Positions 21,109-29,417 of a stretch of 64,000 bases of DNA are shown piece by piece. The notes under the pieces were generated by a model. The model worked only from the letters and a program-made list of their open reading frames with translations. It ran no database searches and was not told the origin of the DNA. The position numbers were made by a program, and so were the translations under genes. Each line of letters opens with the position of its first letter. Position 1 is the first letter of the stretch. The stretch lies in the IMG/VR virus record IMGVR_UViG_3300025751_000004. One strand, 5' to 3'. The DNA comes from an uncultured virus (IMG/VR IMGVR_UViG_3300025751_000004). Its lineage: Duplodnaviria > Heunggongvirae > Uroviricota > Caudoviricetes.

Positions 21109-21272
21109 TACTTTTTCTTCTTACCCTTGGCCCCTTTTGCGTAATTGGGGTCTTTACAATACTTAGACGCGGCGAGGTTTGCATACGCAGAAGGGTAGGT
21201 ATCAAAAGTGCGTTTGGCCCATGCTTTACCAGAAGCACAAATCTTACCGCCCTTTTTGTAATACCTACGCAT
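21108..21272 (-). CDS. small basic protein, YKKGGKI motif (54 aa, not in ORF track)
   Basis: MRRYYKKGGKICASGKAWAKRTFDTYPSAYAN...; GAGG RBS, TAATG coupling. Confidence 0.7.
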   Translation of the reverse strand: MRRYYKKGGKICASGKAWAKRTFDTYPSAYANLAASKYCKDPNYAKGAKGKKKK

Positions 21273-21274
21273 AC

Positions 21275-21487
21275 TTACCTCATCTTACAGGGGCGCACGC
21301 CCTTAGATGCCTTTCCTGCACCACGAACTTTACCACCATGACCAAACTTTTTAGGGCCATAGATCTTATCACGGACTCGGGCTTCAAGCATCCTGCGGTC
21401 CACGTTAGGATTTAGCTTCAATTGAAACTCCAACTCCTCTTGGAACGCCATATCTTTGATGTCTTTTACGTCCTTATCCGTGTCCAT
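21275..21487 (-). CDS. small protein ending FGHGGKVRGAG...CKMR
   Basis: 70 aa, shares its C-terminal motif with neighbours. Confidence 0.7.
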   Translation of the reverse strand: MDTDKDVKDIKDMAFQEELEFQLKLNPNVDRRMLEARVRDKIYGPKKFGHGGKVRGAGKASKGVRPCKMR

Positions 21488-21489
21488 GA

Positions 21490-21852
21490 TTACCTCATCT
21501 TACAGACTTTGCCGCCACGGGCTAATCCGTAACCACGAACCTTACCGCCTTTTTTAAAAGATCTATTCGTAGTATAGCTCATAGGTGCGGAACCAATAGC
21601 TTCTGACGCTGTATCTAATGCTTGCGATGCTTTACTCGCGGATACGGATATATCAGTGATATTATCATACGCACTCTTATTTTGGTTCGGCTGTAGCGTA
21701 CCCCCAAGTGTACCCCCAGAACCGCCGCCAATGGGGAGGAATTTAGCTATATCAAACCCACCCGGAGCACCTGAGTTATCCATACGCAAATCCCCACCAG
21801 TTTGGAATTTTTTAACTTTTTTAGAGGATTTATTTTTTGTCCGTTTACGCAT
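21490..21852 (-). CDS. small protein ending KKGGKVRGYGLARGGKVCKMR
   Basis: 120 aa. Confidence 0.7.
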   Translation of the reverse strand: MRKRTKNKSSKKVKKFQTGGDLRMDNSGAPGGFDIAKFLPIGGGSGGTLGGTLQPNQNKSAYDNITDISVSASKASQALDTASEAIGSAPMSYTTNRSFKKGGKVRGYGLARGGKVCKMR

Positions 21853-21854
21853 AA

Positions 21855-22283
21855 CTACCTCATCTTACAGACTTTGCCGCCACGGGCTAATCCGTAACCA
21901 CGAACCTTACCGCCTTTTTTCATACCCATAGACTCTTTAGCTGCCGCTTCTTCAGCTATTTTAGCTACATTGCGTCCAAGATTGGCTCCGGGCAAAGCAA
22001 ACATAGCCAAGTCTTCAGCGGTTCGTTTAGCTGCCCGATTGCCGCGCTCTATGGCTCCTATTTCATCCACGGTGGGCATATCATCAGGGCGTGCCCTTGG
22101 ACGAAGTGACGCTTCCATAGTCGTATCATTCGGTCTTGCTCTTGGGCGCATAGAAGCTCTTGGAGCTAGCTTTGATGAAGGACGTGCCTTTGGGCGCATA
22201 GAAGCCTCTGGAGCTAGCTTTGAAGCGTCTTCTTTCTTCATCTTTTTGCCTCTTCTAGGCGCATTTCTACCTTTTCTAGCCAT
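21855..22283 (-). CDS. basic protein with ASMRPRARP repeats ending KKGGKVRGYGLARGGKVCKMR
   Basis: 142 aa, internal repeats. Confidence 0.7.
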   Translation of the reverse strand: MARKGRNAPRRGKKMKKEDASKLAPEASMRPKARPSSKLAPRASMRPRARPNDTTMEASLRPRARPDDMPTVDEIGAIERGNRAAKRTAEDLAMFALPGANLGRNVAKIAEEAAAKESMGMKKGGKVRGYGLARGGKVCKMR

Positions 22284-22451
22284 TTACGTATTCCTTTTAC
22301 GAGCGTTTATTCTCTTGCGCTTCTGGGAAAGCTCAGAGGGTTTAGTGTATTCTTTGCCCACAGACTGAGGCACCCCTACTTTCTTAGCGAACTTAGGGTT
22401 ATTAGCCACTGCTTGCATAAACTTTTCTTGTTTTGCGGATTTAGCAGGCAT
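22284..22451 (-). CDS. small basic protein (55 aa, not in ORF track)
   Basis: MPAKSAKQEKFMQAVANNPKFAKKVGVPQSVGKEY; TGATG coupling. Confidence 0.7.
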   Translation of the reverse strand: MPAKSAKQEKFMQAVANNPKFAKKVGVPQSVGKEYTKPSELSQKRKRINARKRNT

Positions 22452-22759
22452 CAGCAATTCCACTTCCGTAAGCTCTTGTTGATGCGACTGTTCGGGTCAT
22501 TAGCGGTCTTTTTGCTTGTCAGACGCTTCTTCATGCCTGACATACGCGCACAGAACGACTTGCGGCGGTTTGCAGCCTTTGAACCTTTTTTCAGCTTACT
22601 AGGCTTTGTAGTAACAGCGGTCTTCAGTTTACTACCGGGATTCTGTCTCCGATAGCTAGCAACACCTTTTGCGTTTAGACCCCCTGAAGGGTCTTTACCT
22701 TCCTTGCGCTGCCAAGCAGGGGATTTTACTCCTCCGCCCTTTTTATAATAAGTCCGCAT
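22451..22759 (-). CDS. basic hypothetical protein
   Basis: SPAWQRKEGK.PSGGLN..G...RRKSFCARM...W.C family; N-terminal YKKGGGV. Confidence 0.75.
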   Translation of the reverse strand: MRTYYKKGGGVKSPAWQRKEGKDPSGGLNAKGVASYRRQNPGSKLKTAVTTKPSKLKKGSKAANRRKSFCARMSGMKKRLTSKKTANDPNSRINKSLRKWNC

Positions 22760-22767
22760 ACCAACAC

Positions 22768-23040
22768 CTAGCTATAGAAGAAGGTTATCGCAGTAATGTT
22801 TGTAGCAGCAGACACGTACACGTCTGACACAAACCGCACCCCATCATCAGGAATGTTCACTGAGTGAGAATCAGAGGCCAAAAAATCTAAGTCGATTAGT
22901 GTGGCCCCGCCGTTCCCATCAGTTAGTGTCAACCGTCCTGCGCCCGCACTTGTCAAAGCCTGTATTTGACGGACACGTGCTGGCCCTACAGCTAGAGAAC
23001 CTGTGCCTGTCACCCGTTTAGTTTGAACGTCAGAGGACAT
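22768..23040 (-). CDS. small virion structural protein
   Basis: 90 aa, beta-rich, AAGGAG RBS. Confidence 0.65.
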   Translation of the reverse strand: MSSDVQTKRVTGTGSLAVGPARVRQIQALTSAGAGRLTLTDGNGGATLIDLDFLASDSHSVNIPDDGVRFVSDVYVSAATNITAITFFYS

Positions 23041-23051
23041 GGACTAACTCC

Positions 23052-23267
23052 TTATCCTGCAGATACAGTCAAAACGCCTGAGTTACTCCAAAGCTGCCCT
23101 GCGACAGATGGATCAGCGGTTGGTAGGTCTGTAAAGATTACAACACTGTTTGTACCATCGTGAGAAATAGAAATATCTTCTGTCACAGTACCCGTATTTG
23201 CAGCTTTTGTGATTGCTTTAAAACCGTTTTCTGAACGGACTGCACCATTAAAGGTCGAATTAGCCAT
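23052..23267 (-). CDS. small virion/head fibre-like protein
   Basis: MANSTFNGAVRSENGF...LPTADPSVAGQLW. Confidence 0.65.
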   Translation of the reverse strand: MANSTFNGAVRSENGFKAITKAANTGTVTEDISISHDGTNSVVIFTDLPTADPSVAGQLWSNSGVLTVSAG

Positions 23268-23355
23268 ATGAATCTCCTGTCTTGGCTAGTGTCAGCCACA
23301 CCATGTGACTGTCAGGGATTGCCTACGTATAACACAATAAGAACAAGCTATCAAC

Positions 23356-23382
23356 AAAAGAAAGGGCCGCACGAAGCGGCCC
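23356..23382 (-). terminator. intrinsic terminator after the major capsid gene
   Basis: GGGCCGC-loop-GCGGCCC stem followed by TTTCTTTT on the minus strand. Confidence 0.75.
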
Positions 23383-23429
23383 AGTTTATTTGAGGCAGAC
23401 GGGCAGGGAAAACCCGCCTAACGAGCAGT

Positions 23430-24338
23430 TTACGCTCCGGGCGAACCAAAAATCCCGAGGGGATCAGAAACGCCGAAGCTGTAACGTTCCCGTGCCTTGT
23501 AGCGAGAATTACCTGTGTCGAAGTCTGCATCCATAGATGTAGCCATCGGTGCACGAGTAAAGTGCTTCAAGCCGTTAGGAACGTCTGTCATTAAGAACCA
23601 TGCGTCAGTGTCTGTCAAGTAGTGGTTGACAGTATAGCCTTCAGGGATCGAACCATTATTGCGAAGCGCGTTAATGTCGTTATCGGCTGTACCAACACGT
23701 CCTTCAGTCTCAAGCAAACGAGTTGCAACAAACTGTAGGTTTGGCGGAATGACCAACTTGCGAGGTTTGGCTGCGATCAAGAGGCCACGCTCATCGGTCC
23801 ACCCTGCGATCTGAATAACTGCCGCCTCAAGAGAGGTTTCGTTAAGGTCAGCCGCAACAGAAGGACGGTTTGAGTTAGTGCCACCTGACACAAGCGGGTG
23901 ATCGGTAGCACAAAGTGTTTTACCGTCACCATAGGTTGTACCCGCAGCGAACGCATTGTTTAGGATCGCAGCAGCTTTAACCTGCTTGGTGTACGCCATA
24001 GCACGTGCGAGAGCTTTTGTGTAACGTGCAGACAATGAGTCATACAAGTTATCTTCGATAGCTTCCTCAGTGATAGAGAAGCCCATCGCAACAGTCTCGT
24101 GTGTATAGCGAGCAGTCCAAGTCTCTTGAGCAGAGTCATACTCAATTGCCGCACCTTCGTCTTTAACAGGTGCTGCTGAGAAGCCACTCAATTTGGTTTC
24201 TTCCTCGAATGAACGGTCAGAAGTCTCGCTTTCAAAGATTTCAGCGTGTTCTTCACCGTACTTTGCGTACTCCAATCCAAACAGCGCGTTTAGGCCGGGA
24301 AGGAGTTCTTTAAGTAACTGGGCGCGTGAAATAGCCAT
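23430..24338 (-). CDS. major capsid protein
   Basis: 302 aa MAISRAQLLKELLPGLNALFG...YKARERYSFG; follows scaffold/portal and precedes a terminator. Confidence 0.9.
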   Translation of the reverse strand: MAISRAQLLKELLPGLNALFGLEYAKYGEEHAEIFESETSDRSFEEETKLSGFSAAPVKDEGAAIEYDSAQETWTARYTHETVAMGFSITEEAIEDNLYDSLSARYTKALARAMAYTKQVKAAAILNNAFAAGTTYGDGKTLCATDHPLVSGGTNSNRPSVAADLNETSLEAAVIQIAGWTDERGLLIAAKPRKLVIPPNLQFVATRLLETEGRVGTADNDINALRNNGSIPEGYTVNHYLTDTDAWFLMTDVPNGLKHFTRAPMATSMDADFDTGNSRYKARERYSFGVSDPLGIFGSPGA

Positions 24339-24351
24339 AGTACATCACTCC

Positions 24352-24945
24352 TTATACGCCAGTCGTGTTGTTATACTGGTGACCTGCGTTCCATTTAACG
24401 TAAGCCTCGGTATAACCACCCGAACTGTTTTTGGTTTCCTCAACCAGACCAATGATACGGAATGGAAGAGTGTTTGTAGTTGCAGACGTATCAGAGATAG
24501 CGCAACGAGAATTACCCGAAACGGAATCACCTGTATTGTCTACACCCGCGACGTTTGCACCGATGTCAGTGATTGCAAGATCACCAATCGTTGTGCCTGA
24601 AGATACAACCGCAGCCTTAAACAGAAGGTCGGTACCGTCTGCGACAAACGCTTGAATATCAGATGCAACAGTGCTTGCAGGATATGACTGACGCCAGACC
24701 TTGTAACCAAGGTTTGGATCTGTATATGTGCAGCCAAGGAAGACACCAACGGGTGTCATGGCAGCGTCAAACGTATCACGCTCAACGGTGCCTCCGGTAA
24801 CTAGCTTTACAGCATCCCCATAAAAAATAGCCGTAGCATAACCACTTGCAATACTGAAGTGGCGTGTAACGCCTACAAAAGGAGAACCGCTCAACAATTT
24901 TACCGGAACCAGTCCATATGGACCATCAACAGCAGGATATGCCAT
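24352..24945 (-). CDS. capsid decoration/cement protein
   Basis: 197 aa directly upstream of the MCP; PYGLVPV...IFYGDAV family. Confidence 0.65.
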   Translation of the reverse strand: MAYPAVDGPYGLVPVKLLSGSPFVGVTRHFSIASGYATAIFYGDAVKLVTGGTVERDTFDAAMTPVGVFLGCTYTDPNLGYKVWRQSYPASTVASDIQAFVADGTDLLFKAAVVSSGTTIGDLAITDIGANVAGVDNTGDSVSGNSRCAISDTSATTNTLPFRIIGLVEETKNSSGGYTEAYVKWNAGHQYNNTTGV

Positions 24946-24960
24946 TATATACTCCTAGAG

Positions 24961-25410
24961 TTAAGTTCCTGTTCCAAAAGTGACCTTAGAACGTCTATCG
25001 TTAAATAGAGGCATTCTAGGATCATTCTCCCGCATGAAGTTATTGTCTACGGACTGCATCTGGGATTTGGTCTGATTATTGTAATAATCACTCCGCTCTT
25101 CGACGAGTTCCTTTGGAGCTTTGCACAGCAACAACCCACCTATGACTACATTATCTTTAAACCGTTCATTCTCTACGGTTACCAGTGTAATCTCAGGGTG
25201 ATCACTTGCCTTCACAGGCTCCCAACCTTCACGCAGTTTTGAGGATACGTTAGTAGCGTCAATTTGGCCTTGCGTACTAACTCTAACCCAATGATACTCA
25301 TATCCCGGCTCTGGATTCGGAGAAGGGAGTGTCTCTGGACGCTGCCAGTGACGTTTACGAGTTTTCTTCTCGCGGGTTTCAAGTTCTCTATCTAGCCTAT
25401 TCTCAGCCAT
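24961..25410 (-). CDS. conserved hypothetical head-module protein
   Basis: PEPGYEYHWVR...EGWEPV...GGLLLCK. Confidence 0.7.
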   Translation of the reverse strand: MAENRLDRELETREKKTRKRHWQRPETLPSPNPEPGYEYHWVRVSTQGQIDATNVSSKLREGWEPVKASDHPEITLVTVENERFKDNVVIGGLLLCKAPKELVEERSDYYNNQTKSQMQSVDNNFMRENDPRMPLFNDRRSKVTFGTGT

Positions 25411-26398
25411 TTTGTTTCCTCATATCTATTGCAACCTGTCTGGCGTATTGTTCTGGAGTTAAACCTAAACGTTTAGATAACGCTATTTGAGTCTGACTTA
25501 ATTTTACCTTTTTAGGGGCTGTGCTCCGCGTTGCGGGTGCGACTACATTAGCGCTACGCCTTGGCGTAACTTCAGTTTGTTGATCAGCATCCTCGAAATT
25601 ATCGGGGAAAACTTGCCGCATACGAGAATCTATTCTCTCGTAGTATTCATCTGACTGAGGACTTACGCCCTCCTTGATAAGTTTGGTATGCAGCCCCAAC
25701 GCCAAACTTGTCATTTCGTCATCGACATTAAACCACGGATTTTGAGTTTTCCACTCTTCCGCACGTGGGTCATGCCCTGTTTGTGGGGCGGATTCTGTTC
25801 TTGAGGGTACAGGAACCTGTGTTTCCTGTAAAGCGGGTATTTTGAAGTTTGCTAACCTATCAGCCTTTATCTTAGCTGCTGTTAACTTTTCCTGTGCAGA
25901 AAGCACTGCATCAGGATCTCCAGACTCATATGCTGTCTTATACGCTTGTTTAGCAGCATCTGATTCCGCTTCAGCGTTTTTCTTGGCCTGTTCTACCAAC
26001 GCTGTCTGATTTTTGGTTACGTCTCCCTTGAGCTTGTTGTTTTCCTCAACTAACTGCTTGGCAAACCGCTCTAACTCTTCGCGCTCACGGATAGCCCTTT
26101 CTTTCTCCCGCCGCTCGTCGTGATAGCCCTTGCTGAAGTGTTTGATCCGTTTTTGAACTTTTTCAGAATAATCTTCTAGTTCTTCTTCGGTAACATCTTC
26201 TGGGGGTTCAGAGGGCTTACGTCCTCTGTCGGCTTTTGGAGTGTCATCGACAACTTCAATTTCAAGAGAATCAGCTTCTTCAGCTTTTGCTCTAGCGGGC
26301 TTTTTGATTTCTTCAGCACTGGACGGCTCCACTTCTATCTCTGTGGACTCCTCTTCCTTCTCATCAGGAAACTCAAATTCAACCTTTTGGAATGGCAT
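25403..26398 (-). CDS. capsid scaffolding protein
   Basis: Acidic N-terminus, long coiled-coil, C-terminal LSQTQIALSKRLGLTPEQYA; lies between portal and MCP. Confidence 0.75.
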   Translation of the reverse strand: MPFQKVEFEFPDEKEEESTEIEVEPSSAEEIKKPARAKAEEADSLEIEVVDDTPKADRGRKPSEPPEDVTEEELEDYSEKVQKRIKHFSKGYHDERREKERAIREREELERFAKQLVEENNKLKGDVTKNQTALVEQAKKNAEAESDAAKQAYKTAYESGDPDAVLSAQEKLTAAKIKADRLANFKIPALQETQVPVPSRTESAPQTGHDPRAEEWKTQNPWFNVDDEMTSLALGLHTKLIKEGVSPQSDEYYERIDSRMRQVFPDNFEDADQQTEVTPRRSANVVAPATRSTAPKKVKLSQTQIALSKRLGLTPEQYARQVAIDMRKQNG

Positions 26399-26407
26399 AC
26401 TCTACTC

Positions 26408-26782
26408 CTATACTGTCATAATGCCGCGAGGATCAGGGATAACTGCCTCTACAGAATCATCATTCATCAAACGAAACTCTTTGCCGTTTACCTTGAACCG
26501 TGTGCCTGTGTTCATACGGAACATCACGTAGTCCCCTACTTTACACCACGGACCCTCTGGAAAACGCTCTTTGTCAGAGTATGCGTCTGCTCCCATGTCA
26601 ATAACTACGCCCATAATAGACATAATGTATTCACGATGCTTTTCAGTATCAGTCTTGAGTAGACTCGTGCCTTCATAATGATCATCAATATCAGGCAGTG
26701 CTACCAACAATCTGTACCCTACAGGCACGGGAAGTTGGGCTTCCCATTGCTCGTCAGCTAGTTTTGTGACGGTATTAGTCAT
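26408..26782 (-). CDS. groES: GroES-like co-chaperonin
   Basis: PVGYRLLV...GVVIDMG...WCKVGDYVMF...FRLMNDDSVEAVI, the Cpn10 pattern. Confidence 0.8.
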   Translation of the reverse strand: MTNTVTKLADEQWEAQLPVPVGYRLLVALPDIDDHYEGTSLLKTDTEKHREYIMSIMGVVIDMGADAYSDKERFPEGPWCKVGDYVMFRMNTGTRFKVNGKEFRLMNDDSVEAVIPDPRGIMTV

Positions 26783-26972
26783 TATCTTCTTCCATATAGT
26801 TACGCGAGAGGTCTTCAATGTAAGATTTGGTGGCTTCAAGACCCCGAATTAAGCCAACAACTTCCCTATAATTCGCATAATCTTTAGGCGATCCTGCGCG
26901 TAGGAAACTCTGTGCAGACGATATATCCTCGTCGATTCTATCCTTTAGCACGTCAAAGACGGTCTTTGCCAT
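26775..26972 (-). CDS. hypothetical protein
   Basis: 65 aa, coupled to the portal; YREVVGLIRGL. Confidence 0.7.
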   Translation of the reverse strand: MAKTVFDVLKDRIDEDISSAQSFLRAGSPKDYANYREVVGLIRGLEATKSYIEDLSRNYMEEDND

Positions 26973-29407
26973 TAATTATTCTTCTCCTTCGATAGCTTAA
27001 TAAGCTCTATGCCCTTTTTATCTGCGGCATCTTTCATAGCGCGGTCTATGTTTGCGCCTTTCTCTTCCGCCTCAATAGCCAACTCAGCGCGTTCGAGTTT
27101 AAGTCTTTCAGCTTCAATCATAGCTTTAGACATGTCTCTCGCAGTAGCTGTCTGGGCCTGCTGCTGGCGTATTTGAACATCTGCTTGATCTTTAGCGATC
27201 TTGCGCTGCACCTCTTGCTCTTTGATCTGCAGTTCTTTCTGTTGCATCTGGATGATCGGATCTTGCGCTTTTTGCTGGGCAGCTTGTTGTGCGGCCTGTT
27301 GCTGATGCTGCTGCGTAAGCTGACGACCTGCGTCTGCCACCAGTTTAGAAAGTTCGACCTCTATCTCTTCTGGCAACTCTTCATTCGGTCTAGGCAGCGC
27401 AACGCCCAGTTTCTCTTCTATCTGCGAGCGATACTGGAACCCAAGGTGCTCTGCTATGTGAGCCTGCATAGATGCACCGATCTGCTTGGCCTGTGGGTTT
27501 TGAGCAATCATCTGAGCAATCATAGGGTCTTGCAGGAACGACATATGCGTAGCGATATGTGCTTGGTGGTCCTGATACATAAACGCCTTCATAGGCTCGC
27601 CTGTAAGCGCGTCCATGTTCTCGCTGACTGGATCTTTCGGCTTGGCGTCCTCTTTTGTGGGTACCAATTTATCTGCGTTTTTGATCCCCAACACCTCGAT
27701 CATCTGCCTGTGTAACTGCGGTAGATTGTATATTTGAGGTGCCTGTTGTGACATCTGCAGTACAGCCTGATACTGCACCACTCGTTGAGCCATTGTAGAA
27801 CTGTTGGGGTCACTTACTGGTATGACATCCACAAGCATATAATCTGCTTGCTTGGCGCTAACCTCGCCTCTGTGCGGCTGGTACGCGTAGTCCATAGGCG
27901 CATACTCAGATATAATCCGCTTGAGCAGTTTAAACTCCTGCTTCATCGCGTAGTGTACACGCGCCTGAACAGCCGCCATAGGCTTCAGGGTACGCTCTAG
28001 GAGCGCCAGAGTGGTTCCAACGGGGGCGTTAGCTGACATGTCCGATATGTTCATGTCACTAATAGCGCCTAGCCTACGTCCTTCCTGTGTTATCTTATCA
28101 AGTAGGGCGAGAAGGGTCTGGCTAGGTTCCTTGTACGGGAGAGGCATAATATTGTCACGGATGCTACCAGACGGCACGTCCACATCCTTAAACTCTCCCG
28201 GTTCTATCGGTGTATCGTCTCCCTTGATACGCAGCCCACGAGACTTTAAGCCACCGGGCAGATTAGCTAATGTACCAGCATCGACAAGCTGTCGTATCAA
28301 GGAAGTCCCTGCTTTGGCGTAACCGCCAATAATATGGATAAGACCAAGGCCGTAGAACCCAAACCCCGGCACATACACATAGTGCACGAAGTGCTGACGC
28401 TTCAACATCAACGGATCATCGGGAGCATAGTTTCTACGCACCGCTAAGACCTCACCAGAGCCGCGTTCTATAGTGACCACGTATGGCTTGGCTATATCGT
28501 CTTCGTCATCTACGCCTTCTATAACGAGGTCTGCGTGTACCTCATATATGGTGTAGCGATCATCATCTGTTAGAGAGAACCCACCTTCTTCAGCCTTACG
28601 CTTCTCTATATCCGAGTGGTATGGCTGTGGCTCTCCTACATCTACATCACTGTAAAACCCTACAGACTGTAACTTCTTTAACTCGTTTTTGGTCTTGCGC
28701 ATTACATGTGTAACGCGTTCTGCGGTTTCTAGGTGGCTTGCTCCATAAGGAACAATAACATCCTCGGCGGGTATATACACAGCGACTTGCCGCCCAAGAT
28801 TGGGGTCATAGTATACTTTTTTGAACGCGGAACCTGCCAAACCAAGGTTATACAGCATACGCTCGTGCTCAGAGCGATACTCCACCATATGCTCTGTTAG
28901 CTCATAGTTCATATCTGCTTTAACACGGAGAGCCGCTTCTTCCTTATCCTTAGTCTCATCACCAAGAATTTTAACTTTTACAGGGCCAGCGGCAGGGAAA
29001 GTCTCTGACATTGTTTCGGCTTGGAACCGTATCGCAGCCTCTGCAAGCACTGTAGAATACACCCCACAAGCACCTTCCCACGGCTCGGTGCGGTCCTCGT
29101 ATTTAAACCCTAACACGTCAAGCCCTTTGACAAATGTATCTGCCCATTCTTTGCGACTATCAGTATCTGCGTCTATCATACCCATAAGATCAGAAGACAA
29201 AGAGTTAAGATCGCCCTCTGTCATAACTTCAGCTAAGTTGCCGTCAAATGGCACCATATCAATTTCGTTTCCGGGCATTATGGTAATCTCCATAGACCCG
29301 TCGTCCATTATAACCGCGTCAGGATTAACGATTTCGATCTCTACCTCGGAGAGTTCCTCGTCTTCCAAACCCTCTGGGGCTGTGTACACACTTTTCTCTA
29401 TAGCCAT
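26972..29407 (-). CDS. portal protein (P22-like, long Gln-rich C-terminal barrel)
   Basis: 811 aa after terL; GSAFKKVYYD, PGFGFYGLG motifs; coiled-coil tail. Confidence 0.9.
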   Translation of the reverse strand: MAIEKSVYTAPEGLEDEELSEVEIEIVNPDAVIMDDGSMEITIMPGNEIDMVPFDGNLAEVMTEGDLNSLSSDLMGMIDADTDSRKEWADTFVKGLDVLGFKYEDRTEPWEGACGVYSTVLAEAAIRFQAETMSETFPAAGPVKVKILGDETKDKEEAALRVKADMNYELTEHMVEYRSEHERMLYNLGLAGSAFKKVYYDPNLGRQVAVYIPAEDVIVPYGASHLETAERVTHVMRKTKNELKKLQSVGFYSDVDVGEPQPYHSDIEKRKAEEGGFSLTDDDRYTIYEVHADLVIEGVDDEDDIAKPYVVTIERGSGEVLAVRRNYAPDDPLMLKRQHFVHYVYVPGFGFYGLGLIHIIGGYAKAGTSLIRQLVDAGTLANLPGGLKSRGLRIKGDDTPIEPGEFKDVDVPSGSIRDNIMPLPYKEPSQTLLALLDKITQEGRRLGAISDMNISDMSANAPVGTTLALLERTLKPMAAVQARVHYAMKQEFKLLKRIISEYAPMDYAYQPHRGEVSAKQADYMLVDVIPVSDPNSSTMAQRVVQYQAVLQMSQQAPQIYNLPQLHRQMIEVLGIKNADKLVPTKEDAKPKDPVSENMDALTGEPMKAFMYQDHQAHIATHMSFLQDPMIAQMIAQNPQAKQIGASMQAHIAEHLGFQYRSQIEEKLGVALPRPNEELPEEIEVELSKLVADAGRQLTQQHQQQAAQQAAQQKAQDPIIQMQQKELQIKEQEVQRKIAKDQADVQIRQQQAQTATARDMSKAMIEAERLKLERAELAIEAEEKGANIDRAMKDAADKKGIELIKLSKEKNN

Positions 29408-29417
29408 GAACTAATCC

